DNA of 64,000 bases from an uncultured Candidatus Saccharibacteria bacterium (lineage in GTDB: Bacteria; Patescibacteriota; Doudnabacteria; UBA920): NCBI GenBank assembly GCA_964473815.1, contig CAYYQK010000001.1, positions 179,845 to 243,844 of the forward strand, given 5' to 3'. This document shows, one piece after another, positions 19,771 to 29,417 of this stretch. The notes beneath the pieces were generated by a model, which was not told the DNA's origin, made no database searches, and was given only the letters and a program-made list of their open reading frames with translations. Each line of letters begins with the position of its first letter. Position 1 is the first letter of the stretch. The position numbers and the translations under genes are program-made.

Positions 19771-20625
19771 CTAAACAGTCGGCGTAGGTTCTAAATCTTC
19801 CGGATGATCATCATGATGGCTCGCAATCGGCGTAGTGGCAATTGTCAGATACACCAAAGTTAACATGGAGAAAACCGTAGCCTGCACCACGCCAACAATT
19901 AATTCCAGAGCCATGAATGGCAAAGGCAAAACAAATGGCAATATTCCAGCCAGTACTGTTAGCAAAACTTCTCCTGCAAAAATATTCCCAAACAAACGTA
20001 GTGACAATGAAAGCAATTTTGCTACTTCAGAAATAATTTCCAAAATCCCCACAAAGAATTCAATCACTGCGGTCATAATGTTCATCGGCTTCATGGATTT
20101 AACCGCGTGATACAAATCCCCTAACTTAATAAACTTGTTGGCATACTTAAAGAATCCAATTACTGCGATACCAAGCAAGTGTGAGACTATGACAACAATT
20201 ACTGCCATCGCCACAGTTAGATTTAAGTCAGTGTTCGCTGGACGGAACACTGGAATTAACTCCACATGCCCTTCGTGAACTAAGTAGCGACCAATACTAC
20301 CAATTCCTGGCAGCAAAGCAATCCAGTTAGAAACTAAAATAAACAAAAATAAAGTTCCGACTAACGGTAAAAATTGAATAGTCTTTTTGCGGTCGCGAGT
20401 AACTGTATCAAAATAGCCATATAGGAGCTCTAAGATACTTTCAAAGAAATTTAAAACCCCGCGTGGCGCTTTACTAATTCCATAACGCTTCACTGCTCTA
20501 TTAATTAGAAATGCAAAAACCACAAAACCCACCATGGTCAGGGTGGAGTTAATAACCGTGTTTGTTACCGGAAAATTAGCAATATAAAAGATGGGTTCAG
20601 CTGCGAGTGGTGGTAAGGCCGTCAT
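19771..20625 (-). CDS. atpB: Fo ATP synthase a subunit
   Basis: 284 aa, polytopic, with the conserved LSLSLRLFGNIFAGEVLL essential-arginine region. Confidence 0.85.
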   Translation of the reverse strand: MTALPPLAAEPIFYIANFPVTNTVINSTLTMVGFVVFAFLINRAVKRYGISKAPRGVLNFFESILELLYGYFDTVTRDRKKTIQFLPLVGTLFLFILVSNWIALLPGIGSIGRYLVHEGHVELIPVFRPANTDLNLTVAMAVIVVIVSHLLGIAVIGFFKYANKFIKLGDLYHAVKSMKPMNIMTAVIEFFVGILEIISEVAKLLSLSLRLFGNIFAGEVLLTVLAGILPFVLPLPFMALELIVGVVQATVFSMLTLVYLTIATTPIASHHDDHPEDLEPTPTV

Positions 20626-20626
20626 A

Positions 20627-20920
20627 TTAATTTAAGTAGTCGTTGTAAATATCAGAAATTCGTTTCCAGAACCAGGCAAAACTGGTAAGTAAAGCTAAAA
20701 CTATACCTCCATATAGAAATCCTTGATTATAATGTTTTGCTGCCAGATACTTGCCCAAAAAAGTGAATAAGAGCAAAGGTAAGGCAATCATAAAGCCAAA
20801 TTCCAAGGAAAACGCCAAAATTTTCTTGTTTGTCATCTGTTTTTTATCTTGGTCTGATTTTGGCTGGTTTCCAGAATTGTTTTCAGGCATGGTTTTCAAT
20901 TGACGCAAAAATTCTATCAA
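20627..20920 (-). CDS. AtpZ/AtpI-like small membrane protein preceding atpB
   Basis: 97 aa with two TM helices in the position normally held by atpI/atpZ. The call rests on position and topology only. Confidence 0.35.
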   Translation of the reverse strand: MIEFLRQLKTMPENNSGNQPKSDQDKKQMTNKKILAFSLEFGFMIALPLLLFTFLGKYLAAKHYNQGFLYGGIVLALLTSFAWFWKRISDIYNDYLN

Positions 20921-20975
20921 AAAAAGCCGGAATCGGCAAGGGTGGCTTTTTTTGGTAGGGTTGACTTTTTGAGAA

Positions 20976-21530
20976 TTAGTCGAATATTAATTTTCTGAGG
21001 GCAGCTTTGTCTTTAGAATTTATTCTCGCTCGAAGCATCTCAATGAGTAGGCCGTCATTATGAAAGGTTCGAATGTCTGAAAATTTCAGAAATTGATCAA
21101 AGTTTTTCATCATGACTTTAATTCTTTCGCCGCCATCTAGTTTTTTCATCCCGGTTTTTTTGCAATCCTGAGCAATAAACATATAATGTTTGGCAGTCAT
21201 GCGGCTATGTCCATCGTTAATGCGCCAAAGTTTGAGTTTTTTTGGAACTAAACCAGTTTCTTCTTCAAGTTCACGCAAGGCTGCATTACGAGCAGTTTCT
21301 CCTGGTTCATCAGCATAACCACCGGGCAAAGTGTAATACCAACCTGTTCCTGGTTGTTGCTGGTATAGAATAGCGATCTTATCACCAACTGTGGCAATGA
21401 CGCTGATAGTATCAATTCTTTTTGCTATTTCAAAAGTTTTGAATTTACCATCGAACATTTTTTGTTTCCATTGGTAGATATCGAAGACCGTGCCATGGAA
21501 AACGCGTTTTGCATTTTTAGGAATTTTCAT
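20976..21530 (-). CDS. NUDIX hydrolase
   Basis: GGYADEPGETARNAALRELEEETGL is a perfect NUDIX box (Gx5Ex7REUxEExGU). Confidence 0.8.
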   Translation of the reverse strand: MKIPKNAKRVFHGTVFDIYQWKQKMFDGKFKTFEIAKRIDTISVIATVGDKIAILYQQQPGTGWYYTLPGGYADEPGETARNAALRELEEETGLVPKKLKLWRINDGHSRMTAKHYMFIAQDCKKTGMKKLDGGERIKVMMKNFDQFLKFSDIRTFHNDGLLIEMLRARINSKDKAALRKLIFD

Positions 21531-21545
21531 AAAACAAAATATTAC

Positions 21546-21621
21546 TGGAGCCGGCTGCCGGACTTGAACCGGCCACCTACGGTTTACGATACCGTTGCTC
21601 TACCAGATGAGCTAAGCCGGC
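21546..21621 (-). tRNA. tRNA-Thr (CGT)
   Basis: Reverse complement GCCGGCTTAGCTCATCTGGTAGAGCAACGGTATCGTAAACCGTAGGTGGCCGGTTCAAGTCCGGCAGCCGGCTCCA. Anticodon loop ATCGTAA. Confidence 0.85.
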
Positions 21622-21636
21622 ATGTATATATTTTTT

Positions 21637-21710
21637 TGGAGCGGGCGACGGGAATCGAACCCGTGTCTCAACCTTGGGAAGGTCGCATACTGCCACTGTA
21701 CTACGCCCGC
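21637..21710 (-). tRNA. tRNA-Gly (CCC)
   Basis: Reverse complement GCGGGCGTAGTACAGTGGCAGTATGCGACCTTCCCAAGGTTGAGACACGGGTTCGATTCCCGTCGCCCGCTCCA. Anticodon loop TTCCCAA. Confidence 0.8.
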
Positions 21711-21714
21711 TAAA

Positions 21715-21745
21715 GGATAAAGCCCCCGCGCAAGGCGAGGGCTTT
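21715..21745 (-). terminator. Hairpin terminator
   Basis: AAAGCCCCCGCG-CAAG-GCGAGGGCTTTTT downstream of the parvulin-like gene. Confidence 0.5.
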
Positions 21746-21753
21746 TTAAAGTT

Positions 21754-22713
21754 TTAATTAAACTTTAATAATTTTATAACTCTTACATTATCTGTTTGCT
21801 TGCTCATCCAGTCGCTAAATCCATTTGGCTTCACAAAAATTTGTTGCAAGTGAATTTGTTCAGAACCATTTGCGCCATCGCTATTTCGTTCCAACACTTT
21901 AAAGATGTGAATTCCATAACGACTCACAACTGTTTTGGAATCGCCGACTTTTGCATCTTTCAATCCATCGCGGAATTCAGGCAGCAAGTCAGAGAAAGCG
22001 ATCATACCACTGTCCCCTGCAAAATCTTTAGTGGCTTCATCTTGAGTGTAAGCTTTGGCCACATCATCAAAGTTTTGACCGCCATTGATCTTATCTTGCA
22101 ACTCTTTGGCTTTATTAAGGGCATCTTTATCTAAGTCGGTTTGTCCGTTATACCACAACTGGATATTCCCCTGCAAAACTTCTTCTTTGATAACCTGATC
22201 TTTAAATTGATCAGTGCTCATGTGGTAAGTTTTATTCAGCTCGTCTTTGAAGGCATTTTCATCGCCATTAGCATATTGCTTAATGATATTCTGATACTCT
22301 TCATCTATTTGTTCTTTAGTGACCGAGATGTGATGCTGGCTGGCAATTGCATCAATTTTTTGCGCATCAACTAATTGCGAAAAAGTTTGGCTTGGATCAA
22401 CACTCTTTGCGCCCTCTTGTTGAGACGACAATTGCTTGGCTAGCTCAATGCGTGACAAAACTTTTTTAGCCGATATAAATTGCATATCAACGATGGCTGC
22501 TGGCAAAGGAATTTTTTTGAAAACTTTTTCTTTGGCCTGACTCAGTTTGCCAGTGTAAAGCCAAGTTAAGCTTACAGCCAAGATTATTACTATCAATGCA
22601 ATGACGATTGCAATTATAGATTTATTACTTTGTCGGCGCTTCTTTTTGTGATGATGAGTTTCCTCGTGCTCGCTCGCCACCTCTTTTTCGTCGTGTTTGT
22701 GTTCGTGTTCCAT
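21754..22713 (-). CDS. Membrane-anchored PpiC/parvulin-type peptidyl-prolyl isomerase (PrsA/SurA-like foldase)
   Basis: 319 aa. His-rich N-terminus, one TM helix, then GGQNFDDVAKAYTQDEATKDFAGDSGMIAFSDL ... YGIHIFKV, which matches the parvulin domain. Confidence 0.6.
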   Translation of the reverse strand: MEHEHKHDEKEVASEHEETHHHKKKRRQSNKSIIAIVIALIVIILAVSLTWLYTGKLSQAKEKVFKKIPLPAAIVDMQFISAKKVLSRIELAKQLSSQQEGAKSVDPSQTFSQLVDAQKIDAIASQHHISVTKEQIDEEYQNIIKQYANGDENAFKDELNKTYHMSTDQFKDQVIKEEVLQGNIQLWYNGQTDLDKDALNKAKELQDKINGGQNFDDVAKAYTQDEATKDFAGDSGMIAFSDLLPEFRDGLKDAKVGDSKTVVSRYGIHIFKVLERNSDGANGSEQIHLQQIFVKPNGFSDWMSKQTDNVRVIKLLKFN

Positions 22714-22715
22714 AG

Positions 22716-23093
22716 TTACGATTTATTATTAAAAATATACTGCCACCATTTTTGAAAATTATTTTTGGGTTGTTCCGGAGCTGGTGCATTGTCCTTTGTG
22801 ACCCCATCAGTTGGAAAGTTTACAACTATCTCCCCTTCCTTCTTTAAGCCCAGCTGTTCGCGCGCTAATTTTTCTTTGTAGTTATCTGAAGAAAAATATT
22901 GCAATGACTGTTGCAAGGCCTGATTGCGCGACTCTAAGTCGGCTTGCTCTTGTTTTAGTTGGTTTATTTCCGAATTAATTTTATGGCGTTGTTGCCATTG
23001 TTGTAATTCTAACCCAAAAACCCCCAGAAGTACAATCAGGGTGGCGATCAGAAAAAGCTTAGATTGAAAGATTTTTGGGATAGGTAACTTCAT
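22716..23093 (-). CDS. FtsB/DivIC-like septum formation initiator
   Basis: Start trimmed to MKLPIPK because the tool ORF overlaps the upstream gene. One TM helix then a coiled coil (EINQLKQEQADLESRNQALQQSLQY) typical of FtsB/FtsL/DivIC. Confidence 0.5.
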   Translation of the reverse strand: MKLPIPKIFQSKLFLIATLIVLLGVFGLELQQWQQRHKINSEINQLKQEQADLESRNQALQQSLQYFSSDNYKEKLAREQLGLKKEGEIVVNFPTDGVTKDNAPAPEQPKNNFQKWWQYIFNNKS

Positions 23094-23100
23094 TTTAAAA

Positions 23101-23664
23101 CTATTCAGAGTGATTTTGCTTGGTATATCCCACCTGTTCCTGTAAGTGTGTGGCATCAGTGCTGGCGTAAACCACTCCTCCCTGGTCTTTGGCAATGCGT
23201 TTGTGCATTTCCCACAAGTAATCTTTGATTTCCATTGGTTCGGAAATGTTTTTAATAACAATCGGATCCATTAAACCAACGATCTGCACAATGACATCGC
23301 CGTATCCAAACAGCGCAGAAAAAATTCCTTCGTGTTTGTAACTAACATTAAGGATGCGTTCGTGGGGTGTTTCGGTTACTGACTGACTAAAAAGACCCGT
23401 GTGAGCGTAGTACAATAATCGTTGATTCGTTACGACGTATTGATTCAGTCGCCAGATCATAAATTTTTTCAATGCGTAACCAAGCAAGAAAACTATTATT
23501 GCTGCTAATACGCCTAGTAAAATTCCCCGAGCTGAAAAACGAATAATTAAATAGCCCACTAAAATAATGCCAACTAAAGCAACTCCTGCAGAATGTATCA
23601 AAATCACCGGAGTTTGCCGGTAGATTTGACGAATGCGCTCATTGTCTTTTAGGGAGATTTTCAT
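23101..23664 (-). CDS. Bacterial PH-domain (bPH_2/YdbS-like) membrane protein
   Basis: 187 aa with two TM helices followed by a PH-like region (VVTNQRLLYYAHTGLFSQSVTETPHERILNVSY). Confidence 0.4.
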   Translation of the reverse strand: MKISLKDNERIRQIYRQTPVILIHSAGVALVGIILVGYLIIRFSARGILLGVLAAIIVFLLGYALKKFMIWRLNQYVVTNQRLLYYAHTGLFSQSVTETPHERILNVSYKHEGIFSALFGYGDVIVQIVGLMDPIVIKNISEPMEIKDYLWEMHKRIAKDQGGVVYASTDATHLQEQVGYTKQNHSE

Positions 23665-23683
23665 AATAGTTTTATTGTTGGAC

Positions 23684-23784
23684 TATTGCCCCACAGCGTA
23701 AGCAATCATGCTGCCAATCATGGCAAGCACTACAACTGCCGTAACTATAGTTACTATACGTTCTAAATTTTTTCTGTTTCTCAT
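23684..23784 (-). CDS. Possible 33-aa single-TM micro-protein
   Basis: Minus-strand MRNRKNLERIVTIVTAVVVLAMIGSMIAYAVGQ* between lepA and the PH-domain gene. Below the track's size cutoff. Speculative. Confidence 0.25.
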
Positions 23785-23794
23785 TTTGATAATT

Positions 23795-25603
23795 TTATTT
23801 CTTAAGAACTGCCAGAAAGGCTTCTTGAGGGATATCAACTTTACCAATTTTCTTCATGCGTTTCTTCCCTTTTTTCTGTTTATTCAACACCTTCATCTTA
23901 CGGGTTACGTCACCACCATACAAACCAGTGGTTACATCTTTTCGAAAAGCAGAAATTGTTTCGCGCGCTATAACTTTCGAGCCAATGGCCGCCTGAATGG
24001 CAATTTCGAATTGCTGACGAGGAATTAAAGTTTTTAATTTCGCTACCAGTTCCCGACCTTCAGTTTCCGCAAATTGTTTGTGCATTATTGCAGCCAATGC
24101 TTCTACTTTTTCAGTGGCCACCAGAATATCGACTTTAACTAAGTCACCTGGTCGCAATTCCATAAATTCGTAGTTCAATGACGCGTAACCACTGCTAACA
24201 CTTTTTAGTTTATCATAAAAATCAATGATGATATTAGCCAACGGCATTTGGAAGCTCATTTCCACGCGTTCTGAACCAACGTACTTAATATCTTCACTAA
24301 TTCCCCGGCGCTGAGTCACTATTTCCATAATCGAGCCAATGTATGTTGATGGGGTTAAAATAGTTACTTTCATCCATGGTTCTCGAATTTCTTTTATTGA
24401 TGAAGGATCAGGAAATTGCGCAGGATTATATACAGTTTTTACGTCGCCATTTGTTAGTTCAATTTCGTAGGCAACACTTGGCGCCGTTAGCACTAGGTCA
24501 AGGTCGTATTCGCGAGATAAGCGTTCCTGCACAATATCCATGTGCAGCAACCCCAAGAATCCGGTGCGAAAACCAAAACCGATACTCGGAATATTTTCTG
24601 GTTCAAATTCTAAAGCTGCGTCGTTTAGTTTTAGTTTATCCATCGCATCACGCAGCAATGGGTAATCGTCCCCGCTCACAGGGAAAATAGAAGCATAAAC
24701 CATCGGGGTTACATGTTTGTAACCAGGCAATGCTTCGACTTCAGCTTTTTGGGAAAGTAAAGTAATTGTGTCTCCAACGCGTGCTTTACTAACTTCGCGC
24801 AGGCCAGTAACTATGTAACCTACTTCGCCAGTTTGAATACTGTTCCCCTTTGTCATTTGCGGTTTAAAGAACCCGACTTCTAAACTCTCAGCATTGGCCC
24901 CACTGCCAATCATGTAAATTTTCTCGCGAGCAGGAAGATTACCATCCATAACCCGGACAAAGGTAATCACCCCGCGGTGAATGTCATAGGTTGAGTCAAA
25001 AATTAATGCGCGCATAGGCGCATCATTTTTACCTTCGGGTGCAGGGACACGCTCAACTATTGCTTCCAAAATTTCAATAACACCTTCACCGGTTTTTCCG
25101 GAAGCATACAAAATTTCTTCATCCTTAAAACCAAAGACCGACTTTAACTCTGCAGCAGTTTTTTCACGATCTGCATTCGGTAAATCGATTTTGTTAATAA
25201 CGGGAATGATTGTCAGATTATGTTCAACTGCCAAGTAAGCATTTGCCAAAGTCTGGGCTTCAATCCCCTGCGTGCTATCCACGACTAAAATCGCTCCCTC
25301 GCAAGCTGCGAGCGAACGTGATACTTCATAACTGAAGTCAACGTGGCCAGGTGTATCAATTAAATTCAAAATAAAGCGCTCCTTGGTGTCGCTACCAGCG
25401 ACGGGCGCTTCGTACTCCATGCGGACGGGCTGAAGTTTAATGGTGATGCCGCGTTCCCGCTCAATGTCCATTTGGTCGAGCAGCTGTTCCTTCATTTCCC
25501 GTTTTTCAACAGTGCCAGTCAATTCCAGCATCCGGTCAGACAAAGTCGACTTACCGTGGTCAATATGCGCGATGATACAAAAATTACGAATTCGGTTCTG
25601 CAT
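23795..25603 (-). CDS. lepA: Elongation factor 4 (LepA)
   Basis: 602 aa. NFCIIAHIDHGKSTLSDR ... DTPGHVDF GTPase motifs and LepA-specific C-terminal domain. Confidence 0.95.
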   Translation of the reverse strand: MQNRIRNFCIIAHIDHGKSTLSDRMLELTGTVEKREMKEQLLDQMDIERERGITIKLQPVRMEYEAPVAGSDTKERFILNLIDTPGHVDFSYEVSRSLAACEGAILVVDSTQGIEAQTLANAYLAVEHNLTIIPVINKIDLPNADREKTAAELKSVFGFKDEEILYASGKTGEGVIEILEAIVERVPAPEGKNDAPMRALIFDSTYDIHRGVITFVRVMDGNLPAREKIYMIGSGANAESLEVGFFKPQMTKGNSIQTGEVGYIVTGLREVSKARVGDTITLLSQKAEVEALPGYKHVTPMVYASIFPVSGDDYPLLRDAMDKLKLNDAALEFEPENIPSIGFGFRTGFLGLLHMDIVQERLSREYDLDLVLTAPSVAYEIELTNGDVKTVYNPAQFPDPSSIKEIREPWMKVTILTPSTYIGSIMEIVTQRRGISEDIKYVGSERVEMSFQMPLANIIIDFYDKLKSVSSGYASLNYEFMELRPGDLVKVDILVATEKVEALAAIMHKQFAETEGRELVAKLKTLIPRQQFEIAIQAAIGSKVIARETISAFRKDVTTGLYGGDVTRKMKVLNKQKKGKKRMKKIGKVDIPQEAFLAVLKK

Positions 25604-25635
25604 GAACCTAATTATACCGAAAAACTATCGATTTT

Positions 25636-27258
25636 TCAAGCCTTTGAGCCGGTAATGGCTTTGATGAATTTTATTCCGGATTTGGCAATCGCTTGCGATT
25701 CACGAATTCCCAGAAAGTGTGTTATTGCAATGTATATTGCTCCTCCGGCAGTAGTTGCAATTGAGGCTTGTAAGAAAATTCCGACAACAGTATGAGTGTC
25801 GACAAAAATCGCAACAACATACAAAAAGATGTAAGTGGTTGTACCCATTAACACGCTAGCGAAAACAATTTTTGAGCTATGCAAAACTAGGCCACCGCTG
25901 AATACTTGCAACTCGGTTTCCTTCACTTTATCGTCAATTGCGAAAGCGCGATGTAGATATACGAACAGTAAAATACATTGCACTGTGCTAGCGACTACAA
26001 ACCCGAGAGCGATTCCTACAACACCAAGAGCTTTCGCAAACAGGAAAGATAAAAGAATATTAATTGCCATTCCTACTAAGCTAATCAATACCGGAGTTTT
26101 AGTATTATGTCTGGCATAGAAGGCGCGGGCTAGTAACGGTATTAAACTTTGCGCTACAAGTCCTAATGCTAGAATTCCCAATGCATTGAAAGTGATGATG
26201 GTACAATTCCAGTCGCATCTTCCATAACCAAGTAGTAAACGCACAACATGAGCACGTAATAGCAATAATAAAATTGTGATAGGTACAACAAAATACAATA
26301 CTCGAATCATCGTCTGTTGCAAAGTTTTAATAAAATCTACAATACTCCCTTTTGCAAAGTATTCAGTCAGTACCGGAAAAATTGCTACTGCACTAGACAA
26401 TGCGAAAATTCCTAAAGCCACGGCCTGAATGTTGTTGGCGTAATTAAATGCCGCAATTGAACCACTTGCTAAAGTTGAGCCAATAATTGAAACTATAATT
26501 AAATTAACATAGCTGTTATCGAGGCCAACAATTCGTGGTAAAAACAATTTGCCTATCTTTTTTACTGCTGGGTCTGAATAATTAAATCTTGGTTTCCAAG
26601 AAAAACCATAGCGCCACGCTTCAGGAATTTGAATTCCAATGTGCATAAGCGCTCCAAAAATTACGCCATATGCAAGTCCTGCAACGCCATATCTTGGGTA
26701 TAGCACTAAAATTCCAATGATAATCCCTAAGTTATAAAGTAATGGCGCAATGTTCACTACCAAAAACTTTTTCAACGAAATTAGTACGCTTGACCAGACA
26801 ATCGAGAATGTAAAGATAATTGGTGAAAGCAACATGATGCGTGTGACAGCAGCAGTGCGAATGAGTTCGTCATGCGGAAAACCTGGAGCTAGTAAATGAG
26901 TTAGGGGCACTGCAAAAATAAATGCGAGCAAACACAATGCCGCCATCCCCAAAGACGCGAAATTAGCCACGGTGCTGGCAATATCAAAAGCACGGGACTT
27001 ATCTTTAAAATAATATTCACTAAATACCGGAATGAAAGCCACGCTTAAAGTTCCGAAAATCAACAAATTGTAAACTAAGTCAGGCAAGCGGAATGCTGTG
27101 AAATAAATATCAGAATCTGCGCCTGCTCCCAAATGCGAAGCCAGTAACACGTCGCGAGCAAAACCGGTTAATCGCGACAGCAAAGTAAAGCTAGCGATAA
27201 TCAGCGTGGCCTGACCCATGTGAAAAGTTGATTCAAGTTTTTTTAAGCGTGAGAACAT
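25636..27258 (-). CDS. murJ: Lipid II flippase MurJ (MviN)
   Basis: 540 aa polytopic. The N-terminal segment LLSRLTGFARDVLLASHLGAGADSDIYFTAFRLPDLVYNLL is a close match to the MurJ N-terminus. Confidence 0.85.
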   Translation of the reverse strand: MFSRLKKLESTFHMGQATLIIASFTLLSRLTGFARDVLLASHLGAGADSDIYFTAFRLPDLVYNLLIFGTLSVAFIPVFSEYYFKDKSRAFDIASTVANFASLGMAALCLLAFIFAVPLTHLLAPGFPHDELIRTAAVTRIMLLSPIIFTFSIVWSSVLISLKKFLVVNIAPLLYNLGIIIGILVLYPRYGVAGLAYGVIFGALMHIGIQIPEAWRYGFSWKPRFNYSDPAVKKIGKLFLPRIVGLDNSYVNLIIVSIIGSTLASGSIAAFNYANNIQAVALGIFALSSAVAIFPVLTEYFAKGSIVDFIKTLQQTMIRVLYFVVPITILLLLLRAHVVRLLLGYGRCDWNCTIITFNALGILALGLVAQSLIPLLARAFYARHNTKTPVLISLVGMAINILLSFLFAKALGVVGIALGFVVASTVQCILLFVYLHRAFAIDDKVKETELQVFSGGLVLHSSKIVFASVLMGTTTYIFLYVVAIFVDTHTVVGIFLQASIATTAGGAIYIAITHFLGIRESQAIAKSGIKFIKAITGSKA

Positions 27259-27275
27259 TCAATAAAAGTGTAAAA

Positions 27276-29417
27276 CTATTTTTGTAAAACCAGTCCGAAG
27301 AAAGTGTCTGCAATAATATTCTGATGATAAGTCAAAGTCTGCCCATTAATTGTAGCATTGTTAGAATTCCACAGGCTCTTGCGTCCGTTTAGATTCAGTT
27401 CATAATTTATTTCATCTTCCATAGAACCTGGTTGTTTTTGGATTAGGATACTACAACGGTCAATCCTCCCTATCTTAAACGGTAAGGTGTATGAAATAGT
27501 AACCGTTTTTGTTTGTTCCCCGTCTACTACTAGCCAATTACCAAACCAAGTTTTCCCTGCTTCTTCGCCGTAATAAGTACCACTGGCGGTGTCTTGTTGT
27601 ACGCCTTTTTGCCAGTTTTGGACTTTGTCGTCGAGAGTGTAGTTGTCTGTAGAAATGTTTGGTAGTTGAATATCTCGATTAAATCCATCTGCGCTTACAA
27701 GCTTGCTATTTTTTGGAACGTAAAATCGGACAAAACTTTTATTGCTTAAACCTGGATTGCTTGGGAGTGGATTTTTTACCGTGTATTGAATTGTGTTGGT
27801 AATACTCCCGTCGGAGTTAATAACAGATTTAATATCTGCTTTGCGGAGCAGGGCGCGATCCGTCTTTGTTCCACCCAAGTTTGAATTCACAATACTCAAA
27901 TAGTCGCGATCTGTATCCCGTAATTGACCGCCCCAGTTGAAATCCAAAATAGATTTTTCTAAATCACTATTTCTTGAGAATAGAACTATTTGTTTCTGAT
28001 ACAAATTCTTTTGAAATACTTCTAAGAAATTCATGATCCCACCTTGATCTGAACCCATTTTTTCCATTAACAACGGAAAAAAGTCAGCCAAAAATTGTTT
28101 TGGTTGATTTTGTTTTTTGTCGTAGTTCACAGATGTTTCTGCTTGCACCTGTTCAATAAAGTTGTCTCGATTCAAAGTAACATTATGTTGCGGTAATGTA
28201 ATTGGGCCGGTGTGATCAAGCATGTCTAAAATTACATCTGGCGTCATAGCAATAATCAGGTCTGGAGTTTCACCTCCTTCTTTTTCGTAGAAGGCACTAA
28301 TGCGGTCAGCTGATTCTGGGAAACTGGCGAACCAATTACTATCCCGCATAAACCATTGGTTATTCACCGCAATCATTGGTTGTGGTGGTAGAATTTTTTG
28401 TTTCAATTGACCGTCCCAGTCATAGACAGAGCGAATGTCGAGCGAAGTCAGGGCTCCGTCAGAAAGTTTGGCATTACCAACAGTACCCATGAATCCCCCG
28501 CCAGCGCGAAGTTCGTTATTATTTTCAAACACAATCAATGTATTTTTTTGGCCGAGAAGAATATTAAACACTAATCCCAATACTTCTTTAACAGAACCAA
28601 CGTTTTGTTGGAAAAAAGTAGCCGTATCTTTAGCCTGCACAAATGTCGGCTGATAACTTTCCGGAATGCTGCTAATAGATACTGAGTTGATTAGTTGCGC
28701 TGCTTCGTTCGCAAGCGCAACACTCTCGTTAAGTAACTGTTGAGCGTGTTGAAGTTGTGCTTTATTTTGATCACCCGCACTCAAACCAACAGCGCTAAGC
28801 TTCATTGTATTAGTAAGCTGAAGTAGTTCAGTTCCTTTAAGTGCCGCTTGGGTAATTTTTTGAGCAGCTAGTAGCAAGGAATCAGCATCGTGTTTTTGCG
28901 GTACAACAGAAAGCAAACCTTGCAAATCCGCACTCGCCGAATTTAACTTTTGCTGACTATTTTTGAATTGCTCTAAAGCAAGATTAAAATTTGCCTGCGC
29001 CGCAGCAGTGTTCTGTGCTTGCAAAGAATTTTTAGCATCTTCTAAATAGCCGATGCCGGTGTTACTAGTTCCTAAAACTTGAGCTTTTAAATTTTGTCCC
29101 GCAGCAATTAAAGATAAGCCGTGCACTCCCATACTGATAATCACAACGCAAAGTGTAAACGCAGCAATCGCAATTCGAAACTGACGAACTTTCCACTTCT
29201 TGATTATACTTTGAATTTTCGATGGTAGTTTAAAAATAAATTTTAAAGCTGTCCACGGCAGCTTGAAAACCTCTAAAACCGCTAAACCAACAACATAGCA
29301 CAAACCCAAAATCCAATTTATAACTATACTAAAAAAGCTGGTGCGCTTTTCGTAAGTGACCGGTTCAAAGTGCTTATGATGAAGATAGAGTTTAATTTTT
29401 TTCTTCATAGTTTTCAT
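27276..29417 (-). CDS. DUF4012-family envelope protein (N-terminal TM anchor, large extracytoplasmic domain)
   Basis: 713 aa with the ELRAGGGFMGTVG motif I associate with DUF4012. The gene sits between ftsW and murJ. Confidence 0.5.
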   Translation of the reverse strand: MKTMKKKIKLYLHHKHFEPVTYEKRTSFFSIVINWILGLCYVVGLAVLEVFKLPWTALKFIFKLPSKIQSIIKKWKVRQFRIAIAAFTLCVVIISMGVHGLSLIAAGQNLKAQVLGTSNTGIGYLEDAKNSLQAQNTAAAQANFNLALEQFKNSQQKLNSASADLQGLLSVVPQKHDADSLLLAAQKITQAALKGTELLQLTNTMKLSAVGLSAGDQNKAQLQHAQQLLNESVALANEAAQLINSVSISSIPESYQPTFVQAKDTATFFQQNVGSVKEVLGLVFNILLGQKNTLIVFENNNELRAGGGFMGTVGNAKLSDGALTSLDIRSVYDWDGQLKQKILPPQPMIAVNNQWFMRDSNWFASFPESADRISAFYEKEGGETPDLIIAMTPDVILDMLDHTGPITLPQHNVTLNRDNFIEQVQAETSVNYDKKQNQPKQFLADFFPLLMEKMGSDQGGIMNFLEVFQKNLYQKQIVLFSRNSDLEKSILDFNWGGQLRDTDRDYLSIVNSNLGGTKTDRALLRKADIKSVINSDGSITNTIQYTVKNPLPSNPGLSNKSFVRFYVPKNSKLVSADGFNRDIQLPNISTDNYTLDDKVQNWQKGVQQDTASGTYYGEEAGKTWFGNWLVVDGEQTKTVTISYTLPFKIGRIDRCSILIQKQPGSMEDEINYELNLNGRKSLWNSNNATINGQTLTYHQNIIADTFFGLVLQK

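Noticed and set aside
20627-20920. Calling the small ORF upstream of atpB definitively atpI
   Set aside because: Only position and two-TM topology support it. The sequence has no diagnostic motif, so it is listed with low confidence as AtpZ/AtpI-like.
23094-23261. N-terminal 56 residues of the tool ORF 22716..23261
   Set aside because: They overlap the 3' end of the PH-domain gene in another frame. An FtsB-like TM plus coiled-coil protein begins at the internal Met (MKLPIPK).
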